DNA of 63,448 nt, from NCBI RefSeq assembly GCF_001194135.2, contig NC_068981.1, positions 58,246,035-58,309,482 on the forward strand. Reading direction: 5' to 3'. The notes below the pieces were generated by a model, which saw only the letters and a program-made list of their open reading frames with translations, had not been told where the DNA came from and did not search any database. Origin of the DNA: Octopus bimaculoides. Taxonomy: Eukaryota. Made by a program: the position numbers and the translations under genes. Every line of letters starts with the position of its first letter. The first letter of the stretch is position 1. Of the stretch, positions 49,481 through 61,159 are shown piece by piece.

Positions 49481-50215
49481 TCTTAAAGTTTCCAAGTGAG
49501 TTTTGAACTTCTTAATAAATAATGTGGTCATCAGTCGATAAACCATTGTTAATATCTTTTAAATATAAAGCAACAGAGAAAGAAATTTAGCATAGATATA
49601 TGACCTTCTAATCACATCAACAGCAGTTTATATTGGATTTTCCATGCTGGCATGAGTTGGATGGTTTTTCCGAGGGAGTGTTTTATGGTCAAATGTTCTT
49701 CCTATCGTCAGCCCTTTTAGTTGCCTTATATGACATGCAGAGACCAGTGTATTATTCTAATACTGGGACATACACACTGAATATTACCTGTAAATATTAC
49801 CATAAATATAACTCAATAATAATTATATCAAAATTAATTAAAACAAAGATAGTGTATACCAATAGAAATAGGGCAACAAAAGAGCTAAGCAGGGATTACA
49901 AATATATTACAAATAAACAGGGAGCAGCTACCACTAATCCTTGTCTAGCAATCAAATCTAATCTAGACTAATATTCCAGTTATCAGAAAAAATTGAATCT
50001 AATGTTTTAAATTTATGTTTTCACTCTCAATTATTCAATCAGTTACCTTTGTCTCATAGATATTTTCAGGAAGTTGATTACAGGTGCTCAATAAAAACAA
50101 TGAGCACAGGGCAAATATAATTATTTAAAGATCAGCAATCAAAATATTCATGAGGAATTCTGGAAAATTTGCAACATTTTCTGGCTCTGTGACAAACTGC
50201 AACCAATAATATAAT

Positions 50216-50246
<31 letters not shown>

Positions 50247-50289
50247 GCAATGTTAATTCTCTAAATGAAGTATTAACAGTAACTGCACG

Positions 50290-50740
50290 ATAAAGTGTAG
50301 TATATTGCCACTTAAGTGTGGCTGACCCCTAGGGGTGGATGTTACTGTTGCTTTTAGCCCCAGGAGGACATCTCCTCCAGCTGGCTTATTGACACACGAC
50401 TGTGTCCTGTTTGCCAAGGGTAGTTATCCCTCTCACCAACATCTGCAGCACGAACGGATCCGNNNNNNNNNNNNNNNNNNNNNNNNNNNNNNNNNNNNNN
50501 NNNNNNNNNNNNNNNNNNNNNNNNNNNNNNNNNNNNNNNNNNNNNNNNNNNNNNNNNNNNNNNNNNNNNNNNNNNNNNNGATCCGTTCGTGCTGCAGATG
50601 TTGGTGAGAGGGATAACTACCCTTGGCAAACAGGACACAGTCGTGTGTCGATAAGCCAGCTGGAGATGTCCTCCTGGGGCTAAAAGCAACAGTAACATCC
50701 ACCCCTAGGGGTCAGCCACACTTAAGTGGCAATATACTAC

Positions 50741-50747
<7 letters not shown>
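50290..50747. mobile_element. Foldback/MITE element with ~170-bp inverted arms around an N gap
   Basis: 50290-50462 is the reverse complement of 50580-50747 apart from a 3-bp indel and one substitution; next to (TA)n. Confidence 0.8.
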
Positions 50748-50786
<39 letters not shown>

Positions 50787-51626
50787 CATATATATGTATG
50801 TATGTATGTATGTATGCATGTATGTATGTATGTATGTATGCATGTATGTATACATGCATGCAAGCATGCATACATATGTATGTATGTATATTCTCTTTTT
50901 TTATAGATATTTGCATCCCTCTAGGAAGACAAAGAGAAATTAATGTTTCCCAAGGATTTGTCTACTAATGCCTTGATGACTATATTTCTACAAGTACTAC
51001 TGCTGCTGTTACTATTACTTCTGCTGCAGCTACATGAAGTTACATTGTGCAGTTTAAATGCTTCTGTTGTGGCACACTTATAATGTTTCTTTCCCTTTCT
51101 TTAATAAATAAAGTGAGATATTTTCTTTTTTAAAACTCACTATCTTAAAAAAATGAATGTGAGAAAATCAATTTTAAGCTTCTACAGAAATCCATTGAAA
51201 ATTACATTTTTTTTTTTCTGTATAAAAAAATTTCTATTGAAAAAATTTCAAAGAATCTATTGTCATTTTCACTTGTTCAGATTACAAACAGAAAGAGAAA
51301 ATGTGAAAAGTATAAAAATGTAAGGATGTGTTAAAGTGCAAAGCTGTATGTTATTTTCTGTCTAGACTTCAATGATTAAGGCTCTTTTCAGAACAATATG
51401 ACTAATTTGGGAATAGTGTTGGTGCAATGAATCATTGAGAACTGTTGCTTCAGAGAGCAATTGAATATGTGATGTTTTCACCTATACATAGAATTAATTT
51501 ACTTATGTATATGTACACATTTACATATAAACAAAATATAGATACATACACACAGAAATATGTATGTAAATAATATATATTTACACATACATATATACAT
51601 ACCTATATACATGCAATATATATGTA

Positions 51627-52830
51627 CATCATCATCATCATCGTTTAACGTCCACTTTCCATGCTGGCATGAGTTGAACTGTTTGACTGAGGGCTGGCTA
51701 GATAGAAGGCTGCACCAGTCTCCAATCTGATCCGGCAAAGTTTCTACAGCTGGATACCCTTCCTAACGCCAACCACTCTGAGAATGTAGTGGGTCCTTTT
51801 ACATGCCACCAGCATGAGGGCCAGTCAGGCAGTACTGGCATTGGCCACGCTCAAATGGTGCTTTTTACGTATCCCCTGCAGAGAAGCCAGTCCAGCAGCA
51901 CTAACAATGTGCAATTGCAATGTGCCAATAAGGCGGTACTGTCATCGGCCACATTTGCGTTTTCACTTGCCTCAACAGCATAGTTTATTGTACAATGATT
52001 GAAGGGTACTCTTAAATGGACTGGTTATACAGCACTGGCATAGGCCACAGTTATGGTCTCAGTTGGCTTGACAGGTCTTCTCAAGCAAAGCATATATCCA
52101 AAGGTCTTGGTCACTTGTCATTGCCTCGATGAGGCCCAATGTTCGGAGGTCATGCTTCACCATCTCATCCCAGGTCTTCCTGGGTCTACCTCTTCCGCAG
52201 GTTCCTTCAACTCCTAGGGTGTGACACTTTTTCACACGGCTGACCTCATCCACTCACAACACATGACCATACCAGCGCAGTTGTGTCTCTTGCACACCAC
52301 ATCTGGTGCTTCTTAGGTCCAACTTTTCTCTCAGGGCACTTACACTCTGTCGAATATGCACACTGACATTACACATCCAGCGGAACATACTGGCTTCATT
52401 CTTTGCAAGCTTACACATGTCCTCAGCAGTCACGGCCCATGTTTCACTGCCATGTAGCATAGCTGTTCGCACACATGTGTCATACAGTCTGCCTTTTATT
52501 CTGAGCGAGAGGCCCTTTGTCACCAGCAGAGGTAGGAGCTCTCTGAACTTTGCCCAGACTATCATTACTCTAGCAGCTACGCTTTCAGAGCATCCACCCC
52601 TGCTACTGACTTGGTCACCTGGGTAATGGAAGCTATCAACTAGAATGTGACAGAAGCTGTTCTCTGCATGTTTTCAGTGTTTATTGCTCCTGAGCATTTG
52701 CCACACACACAAACTATCTTCCCAGTTAGCCCTCCTTTGATATTACCGCATTTCTTATGTGTCCATAGTTTACACTGGGTACATCTTATGGAGTTTCTAC
52801 CAACACCTTTTCTACAGATTGAGCATCTGT
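51627..52830 (-). mobile_element. RTE LINE (main family), 3' part
   Basis: (ATC)n tail and UTR; IVWAKFRELLPLLVTKGLSLRIKGRLYDTCVRTAMLHGSETW (52254-52565); GRGRPRKTWDEMVKHD. Confidence 0.9.
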
Positions 52831-52839
52831 CTTTACATT

Positions 52840-52988
52840 CTGAATTTAAATTCTGCTGAAGTTGACTTTGCCTTTCATCCTTTTAGGGTCAATAAATTAA
52901 GTACCAGTTGCATACTGGGGTCAATCTAATCAACTGGCCTCCTCTCCCAAAAACTGTTAGGCCTTGTGCCTAGAGTAGAAAAGAATAT
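52840..52988 (+). mobile_element. SINE family 2 3' part
   Basis: GCCTTTCATCCTTTTAGGGTCAATAAATTAAGTACCAGTTGCATACTGGGGTC core. Confidence 0.8.
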
Positions 52989-53763
52989 ATNNNNNNNNNN
53001 NNNNNNNNNNNNNNNNNNNNNNNNNNNNNNNNNNNNNNNNNNNNNNNNNNNNNNNNNNNNNNNNNNNNNNNNNNNNNNNCTCCATACTATTTATTTAAAG
53101 TGCATTTTTATGATTTTTCACATTATGTTCTCAACTGTGCAACTAACTGTTCATAAAACGCTGTTTAATATCTAACAGTACAATTCAACTACATTCACAA
53201 TCTTGTTGAAAGCATGTTTATCATTGATCAATATCAAATGGAAATACATTCACACAAATTAAAGGATGTAAGTTCTTTTAACATTATTTCATACTTATGA
53301 TTAATAAAAATGCCTAAGTGGCAAGGAAAATATTTGACTAAAGTACCTCAGTATATTGATGGTGTTTATTTTATCAAACCTTAGAAATACAAGACATAGT
53401 TGATGTTTGTAGAATTAGAAGAATATATGAAACTAAAGAGAGAAAACCAGTTATCTTCATGTGCTACACAATCCTACTACATTCTCTGGTCCTTTCTCCT
53501 TGACTTTCTTATGAACATAAGTAATTAGGATCAAAAGGATTAAAAATCTCAGAGTAATTTCATATCTCATTTACTCTGTTACACTTACACGGGGACACTG
53601 TCTGTCTTCAAAGCTTTTAGTTGATTATATTGATCTCAATATGTTTATTAAATGATTTAGTTTCCTTTTTGACATGTCAGGGATACAATTTGATGCACTG
53701 CTACACACAAATGCACACACATATGTACATACTTTTACATATATATATCTATATGTGTGCGCA

Positions 53764-53816
<53 letters not shown>

Positions 53817-53822
53817 GGAAGA

Positions 53823-54150
53823 TGCATGGCTCAGTGGTTAGTGCATCGGGCTCACAATCATTAGGTAGTGAGTTCAATTCCCAGACCAGGCTGTGTATTG
53901 TGTTCTTGAGCAAGACACTTTATTTTACATTGCTCTAGTTCTCAGCTGTAGAAATGAGTTAGAATGTCACTGGTGCCAAGCTGTATTGGCCTTTGCCTTT
54001 CCTTTGGATAACATCAGTGGCATAGAGAGGGGAGGCTTATATGCATGGGTCTTATATGCTGGTCTTCCATAAACAACTCTGCCTGGATTTGTGCCTCAAA
54101 GGGGAACTTTCTAGATGCAATCCCATGGTCATTCATGATCAAAGGAGATC
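53823..54150 (+). mobile_element. tRNA-derived SINE family 3
   Basis: A box TGGCTCAGTGG, B box GAGTTCAATTCC, then TTGAGCAAGACACTT core. Confidence 0.8.
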
Positions 54151-54180
54151 TTTACTCTTTATATATACATGTACAAATAA

Positions 54181-54510
54181 GCATGGGTGTGTGATAAGAA
54201 GTTTGCTTCCCAACCACATGGTTCTGGGTTCAGTCCCACTGTGCAGAAACTTAGGCAAGTGTCTTCTACTATAGCCTTGGGCCAACCAAAGTTTTGTGAG
54301 TGAATTTGGTAAACAGAAACTGAAAGAATCCCAGTGTGTATGTGTGTGCATGTGTGTGTGATCTTTGTGCCTGTGCTTGTCTTCCCATCACCGCTTGACA
54401 ACCAGTGTTGGTGTGTTTATGGCTCTATGACCTCAGCAAAAGAGACCAAAAGAGTAAGTATGTACTAGGCTTAAAAATTAATTCCTGGGGGTGATTTGTC
54501 GGACTGAAAC
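54181..54510 (+). mobile_element. SINE family 1 copy
   Basis: Collinear with 10839-11250. Confidence 0.85.
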
Positions 54511-54589
54511 CCTTGAAGGGGATGGGATAAACTACCTGCATCAACTTGCTATAAAAACAGGTAATGATTTTACCTTGTCCTTATTCTTA

Positions 54590-55085
54590 GTGCAAGTTTT
54601 GAAGAGTGCAATTCGATTTTAACAGTTATTTTTTCAAAGCTATAATGGAAGTGACAAAAGAGCATATTCAGCATATTTTGCTTTCTGATTTCAATAAAGG
54701 CAACAACGCAACAGAAAGTACCAGGAATATTAATGCAGTATATGGGGATCGGACAAAAAGCATAAGCCAGTGTCAAGGGTTTCCAGAAATTCCAAGCTGA
54801 AGATAAGCCTTATTCTGGAAGATTTGTAGAGCTCAACAAGGATGTCCTGCAAATCTTGGTGGAACAAAATCCCATCGTAACTGTTGAGGAACTAGCAGTT
54901 GGATTTGGTCAGTCAACCATTCATCAACACCTGTGTGCCATCAGAAAGTCAGTAAGTTGGGTCACTGGGTTCCTCACAAACTTTCTGGGTCTAATCATGT
55001 GCAGAGAGAGAATATGTGTACTTCTTTGCTGTCATATCTCATGAATGAACCTTTTTTGGACCAAATGGTGATGAGAAGTTTTGCA
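54590..55085 (+). mobile_element. Mariner transposase N-terminal fragment (frameshifted)
   Basis: ATG 54645: MEVTKEHIQHILLSDFNKGNNATESTRNINAVYG; VEQNPIVTVEELA; WVPHKLS; EPFLDQ; GDEK at 55067-55078. Confidence 0.9.
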
Positions 55086-55239
55086 CAGGAATTGAGGTAA
55101 TTTGATGATTACCTAATGCTGCACTCAAAATAGTGATGCCTCTCTGCTACTGAAAGTTAGCAAGTGTCACATCTAGTTTATGGGTGTTGTGAAAGAGATG
55201 GAACAAATCTGTGGGAGATAATTAAAGGTGGATTCCATC

Positions 55240-55960
55240 AAGTGTTATGTACCTTCACCCTCAAAAATTTGAGTGAGTGGTAAATGTCATCAAAGTGGGG
55301 TTGGGATGCAGATGGTGTGGAATTAATATGTGTACAGAAGGTGTTGTGAAAGAGGGTATAGAGTACACACCCAATCTGAACCCATGTGTGGGTGTATATG
55401 CTTATGTTTACATGTGTAAGGTCGAGTGTGGTCGACACTGCTCGACTCATGTTGCGGTGGTGGGAAGACTGATAGTGGAAATCCTAATGTTTATATCCAT
55501 GGTGGAGTCTGTAGGTAACCAATCATATACTGCCTTTCATTTGGGCATGAGTGGAAAACCTTGCACTTTCAGTTTAAATAAATGTCTGGGTGAAAGAGTT
55601 CTTGAGTACAGTTCTTTTCTCAACCAGGCATAGCCTGCACTTCCTGCTACTGTCAAATAATGCTTGCACTTCTCCAGCACTCTCCACTTGGTGTTGTAAA
55701 CTGTGGTACCTTCCTTCAATGACCATACATGCCTAGACTGAGCTGTAACATTACATTTTTTCTGGATATTAAAGGAGAACTTATGATTGTTAAATTTAGC
55801 CCTAAAAGGACCTTCTGTTGCACCCTCATACTTCTGCATATTTGTCTGCCCTCTGGGTTCCTTTGACATCCTTTTCGCCTCATATATGACAGCCTGTCTT
55901 GCATTGGAGGTGGGGTACATTACACAAGGGAACATGTAGTGTTGCCTCTGAATGACCATA
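55240..55960 (-). mobile_element. Second Penelope-like element, GIY-YIG 3' fragment
   Basis: VIYEA...KYEGATEGPFRAKFNNHKFSF...SRHVWSLK...KWRVLEKCKHY (ORF 55537-55959); same motif set as 3270-3699 but clearly diverged. Confidence 0.85.
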
Positions 55961-56367
55961 CTTCTTCTGTCTTAGATGTGGGCCAACCAGCTAATATTTT
56001 ATTTATACAATTTGTACTGCTAGAAGAAACTCTTAAGGTATGTCAATTATATATTTTATTGAACTTATTCATACAAAAAATGTGTTTATCCACTAAACTA
56101 AGAAAGGTCTTACCTACACTTACTACATTTGTTGCCCTACAGTAGGAAAGAGTTACCTCTGTATTTTTTTATACGCACCACTCACACGAATATAGTGTTA
56201 GGTAATCACCTAGTTACCCAATACCTGTGTGAAACCAATTGGTAAGATCAGCTGAAATGGAGCTATGACATGGTATATTATAATGGTTAATATACTCGTT
56301 CTATTGACTAATATATGGGTGTCTGTTTTTTTCTGATCTATGGATTCTTAGATGACTATACATATAT

Positions 56368-56862
56368 AGGATCTTTTTTAAAACGGGGGCCACATTTTTC
56401 ATTAACGAAACACTTTGAAACTTGGAACACTGGTAGAATGTGTCATATAAAACATCTTTTTCTCTTAGTTTTCTTAAAAAAAAAAGAAATCCCTAAGTTA
56501 TTCCATGTTAAAGTTGTCGTATTTCTGTAATTTCAACCAATCACTGACGTCCATTCAGCCGATATACATTAAGTGCCGACTACATAAACAAACGATTCTG
56601 AAACAATTCTATCGGTGATAGGGTTAGGGTTAGGGTTAGGGTAAAACAGCAAATTTAAAAAGAAAAAAGCAAATAAAGCGAAGAANNNNNNNNNNNNNNN
56701 NNNNNNNNNNNNNNNNNNNNNNNAATAAATTCGAATACAAAAATATTTTTCTGTTCTATAACACAAAATAGATAAGTATACGAAGTTTGAAAGTCTTTCG
56801 GTACCAAAAACACTACGTAAAACATTAATGAAAAATGTGGCCCCCGTTTTAAAAAAGATCCC
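56368..56862. mobile_element. MITE with 38-bp TIRs and an internal telomere-type tract
   Basis: (G)GGATCTTTTTTAAAACGGGGGCCACATTTTTCATTAA at 56368-56405 and its reverse complement at 56825-56862 (37/38). AT flanks; GGG(TTAGGG)3 at 56621-56641. Confidence 0.9.
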
Positions 56863-56888
56863 ATATATACACACAAACATACATACAT

Positions 56889-56923
<35 letters not shown>

Positions 56924-57384
56924 TGCATGCATACATTCATGCATGCATGCATACATGCATACATACATACATACATACATACATACATACATACATACAT
57001 ACATAAAGATGTATATGTATATCATGCTTTCACACAATTTACCATCTACCAAATTCCATTTACAAGGCATTGGTCAACTTGAGAATACAGTAGAAAATAG
57101 TACTGCAAAGCGCTGCACAGTGAGATTGGACAAGGAACCATATGGTTCTGAAGTGAACTTCTTGCCCACAGGTCTACTCTTGCACATTCTTCATTTCAGA
57201 AATGTTATTTTTCAATTGCTGTCATGCGGAAAGCTACAGATAATGTCAAATGATGATGCTCCCCCAACACACTGTGCAAATTGTGAATATGGAATTAATG
57301 TCGATTGTTATTTAACTCGAACCTGATGTCAGACAAAAGTAAATCATTGTTACCATATCATCAGCATTATCAGCATCATCATCA

Positions 57385-57726
57385 TTGTTGTTGTCATTAT
57401 CACTCCCACCAAACCTTGGAGTTGATAGAGTGTGGGTTGGAGAGTATCCTGTCAGTACTTGCAATAATAGATCAGTCTGGCAGGAAGCTTCTGATGTAAT
57501 TAATAAGAGCTTTATGGAGACTAAAGTCAAAGAGAAAAGTTACAAGGTTTTCACACCAAAAGCAACTGAAAGCTTTGTTAATGCCAATGCCAATAATATT
57601 GTTTTTACTGGTAAATTACTGGCAAGTGACATAGAAGAGCAATTCTCAAGTAGATCTGGCTGTATTTCAGCAAATCCAGGAGACAACTCCAGGCATGTTT
57701 CTGCTTTATTATGGCTTCATCAGTGA
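57385..57726 (+). CDS. Unassigned 113-codon ORF in unique, non-repetitive sequence (possible exon or pseudo-exon)
   Basis: Ordinary amino-acid composition (EASDVINKSFMETKVKEKSYKVFTPKATESF...). The antisense frame is also nearly open; no family recognised. Confidence 0.25.
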   Translation: MLLSLSLPPNLGVDRVWVGEYPVSTCNNRSVWQEASDVINKSFMETKVKEKSYKVFTPKATESFVNANANNIVFTGKLLASDIEEQFSSRSGCISANPGDNSRHVSALLWLHQ

Positions 57727-58124
57727 AGCATAGACCTCACTGTACTTACTGAAATAGTAATGGGAGAATCATGAAATACATGCACAAGATTATAAGTACA
57801 CTCTATGGCATAGAATAGAAGAATTGGTTAGAGAATAAATAAATCTGCTTGCAAAACCATAGTCAAGCCACTGTTGATATTTTGCCAATGTTTAGAGTAA
57901 AATTTAAACCCATTCTCATAAATCTTTGTGTCGTTTTATCATGTCATTACTTTTATCTGGATGTATCAACAATATAACAACACTATGAATGCTAATAGGT
58001 TAAACACTATAAATACTATGAAGCCATTGACTAATAATTATAAAATTCTTATCAATTAAAAATACATGTGATGTGCAATATAAGTTATGTAATAGTCATC
58101 AATGACTTGTGCATGGAAATAAGG

Positions 58125-58231
58125 AGGTAAATAAAGAAAATCAGCTGTAAATAGGTAAATAAAGAAAATCAGCTATAAATAGGTAAATAAAGAAAATCAG
58201 CTATAAATAGGTAAATAAAGAAAATCAGCTG
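58125..58231. repeat. 28-bp minisatellite, ~3.8 copies
   Basis: AGGTAAATAAAGAAAATCAGCT(G/A)TAAAT at 58125, 58153, 58181 and 58209. Confidence 0.95.
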
Positions 58232-60764
58232 CCTAATTCCCAAATGTTCAGATTATACTAGCACTGACATTGCTTTGATTTTGATATTGAAATATTAGCA
58301 ATGATAGATGACACCATATTGATTTTAAAGTCTTCCTGTTATTCGATCATCATGTTTACATGTTACCATGAAAATCAGATCACTAACCACATTCTATTTG
58401 CTCAGCACTTTCTGATATTGTAATTTTAATCCTTAATCAAATTTTCTAAAAAAGAAACTTAAAAAGAAAATTAATTTTTTTAAACATGCATACACATCAG
58501 AAAATATTTCATCACTTGTCATCTGTTGTTGCTTTTTTATAATCTATTTTCTTTGATTCCAGATCCTTAATCACAACTTAGAAGAGCAAATTTTAAAATA
58601 TTTCTTCACTTTTGTAATTTGTGGGGAAATTTATAAGTGTTTATTAGTTCTACATGTAAGAAAATATATTACATGAAAATTATACATTTGACTTTACCTC
58701 TAAATGTCTTTATGGTTAGAAAATTAATTTTAATTTTAATAAAATTTTAATTTTAATATTTCTTGAAATGAAAGTTGAATTTGTTTTTATATATATAATT
58801 TTGTGGTTGCATTAAAAATTGTATCTATTGCTATTTATCCCAAATTGAAAAATAATTAGTATGACTGCTAAATAAATAATTCATTTATAAATATTTTTAT
58901 TAAATTATGAGAAATTTCTACCTTGGAGAAATTACATAGCTTTGACTTTGAGATAAGTCATTATTAGAGATTTATTAAAATATTAAACAGGGATTAGGCC
59001 TCCAATATTCTCTTTTGAGATTTTAAATTCTTCACACTTTGCAGAATAACAGATGATGGCCATTGTACTTTAACGCTACTAGGTCATTAGAGAATCACTG
59101 AAGACTAAGTATTTATGCTGTAATTTAAGGAAGGGACAGACTGGAGTAATTTTGCAACACTTTTTCTACAGGATGACTTAATTTATCTCTGTGATCTAAC
59201 AAAGCAGTCATTATTTTTACAGTGTTGTGATGGTAAACTGCATGACTACGTGGTACCATGTGGGCGAACTTAGTTATTGAAGGTTAAGTACATAGACTTT
59301 GACCACAATTTAGTGAAGGTGGCAGAATCAAGGTGATAATATCTTGATTATTTTTCCTAGTAACTTGACTGATCAGATGTGCTTAAGTCTTTTTATAGTA
59401 AAAGTGTATCAAATAAGTTGGAAAATGTTGCAATTTCACAAATGGTTTTATGGCCTATAAAAGCAAAAAAGCTGCAAGAACATTAAATATTTAAACTGAA
59501 CATTAAACATTTCAGTATGGTTGCAAAACAGAAACTTAGAGAAAATGTGTAAAAATAAAGATTAATTTAATTTATTCAGTAACCTATGCAATCATGTAAC
59601 TGACTGTTACACTAAATATTGATGTAGGTATGGCTGCAGTCAAGAAGTTCCATCCTCCGCTTCATCTTCATCATCATCATCATCATAATCATCATCATCA
59701 TCATCATTCATAATCATTTTATATTTACTTTTTTCATTTTTTTACTTCTTTCATGGGTTGGATAGGTTATAACATTCAGATCAGTTCTTATTCAGAGCCA
59801 CATCTCATTTGTCCATTTCATTTTAGCATAATTTTTCAACTAGCTGCTCTTCATATCTTTAACCACTTTACAGAGTGTACTGGTTGCATTTTATCATTCA
59901 CTATAGAAGTTGTCTTGTCCCTAACTAGACTAAAGAATCCTCTCGACTCTCTCTACGATTGTTCTTTCACTAACCCTAGAGGGTTTTCTCATCTCCAGCA
60001 AGATTAAAGAGTCCTGTCTTCCCTGCATTGTCTTCAAACATTTATTTCTTTCTTTCCAATACAATTTGATGAGAAGAGAGCCTGAATGAAAGAGTGATAG
60101 AAGAGTAAAAGAAAAAAAAGAACTAGAGTGATAGGAACAAAAGTGTGAAAGAAAAAGAGGGAGAGATAGACATGAAGTTTGTTGGTAAGGAGATTGAATA
60201 GAAGCAACATGACTAAGAGAATGATAGAAGGTGTGGGGTGCTAATGAAAGAGAACCAGAGTGATAGGAACATGAGAAATCAAAGGAAGAGAGTGAAAGAG
60301 AGTGATAAAGAGCTACATAATGGTTGTTGGTATAGACATATAAACAGCATGAATAACATGAGAACAGAGAGACTTACAGAAGAAAACAAGACAATAGATA
60401 AGAGGGTATGGAAAGTAAAATAGAGTGATGGAAGAGAGAAAGGCTAGTGAAAGTAAGAGATTAATTGGAGAGAGAATGTGATGGGAGAGAAAGGTAGAAA
60501 GAGAGATGGATGTAAATGAGGAGTGATAAAAAGAGTAGTAATGTAAAAGACAGGTATAGATAGCTATGGTAAAAGAGTGGGGAGTAATGACTGTCAGTAA
60601 TGAGCAACATGGATAGAAATAATTGGAAAACATGAGAGAGAATAATGTTTATTAATAGAGATAGGGGTAATGGTGAGTGATAGATTGAAGACAGAGTCCC
60701 TCATTACACAAGGGTGGTTGTGTTGGTAGTGGGGCACGCGCATGTGTGTATGTATATGTGTATA

Positions 60765-60895
60765 GGTGCAAGTGTGGCTTCCCAACCACATGGTTCCGGG
60801 TTCAGTCCCACTGTGTGGTACTTTGGGCAAGTGCCCTCTGTTATAGCCTTCTGCTGACCAAAGCTTTGTGAGTGAATTTGGTAGGCGGAGACTGA

Positions 60896-60947
<52 letters not shown>

Positions 60948-61155
60948 TTGTGTGTCAGTATTTGTCCCCCCACCATTGCTTGACAACCAATGTTAGTGTG
61001 CTTACGTCCCTGTAACTTAGTGGTTCAGTAAAAGAGAGAACAATAGAATAAGTACAAGGCTTACAAAGAATAAGTCCTGGGGTCAACTTGTTTGACTAAA
61101 GGCAGTGTTCCAGCATGGCCACAGTCAAATGAATGAAACAAGTAAAAGAATAAAA
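60765..61155 (+). mobile_element. SINE family 1 copy with internal (TG)n
   Basis: Collinear with 10839-11250; tail AAAAGAATAAAAGAATA. Confidence 0.9.
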
Positions 61156-61159
61156 GAAT

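Noticed and set aside
55240-55300. Hammerhead at the 3' end of the second Penelope fragment
   Set aside because: Too degenerate; neither core motif is recognisable.
56619-56642. Chromosome end or fusion scar
   Set aside because: Only 3.8 repeats, inside a TIR-bounded element.
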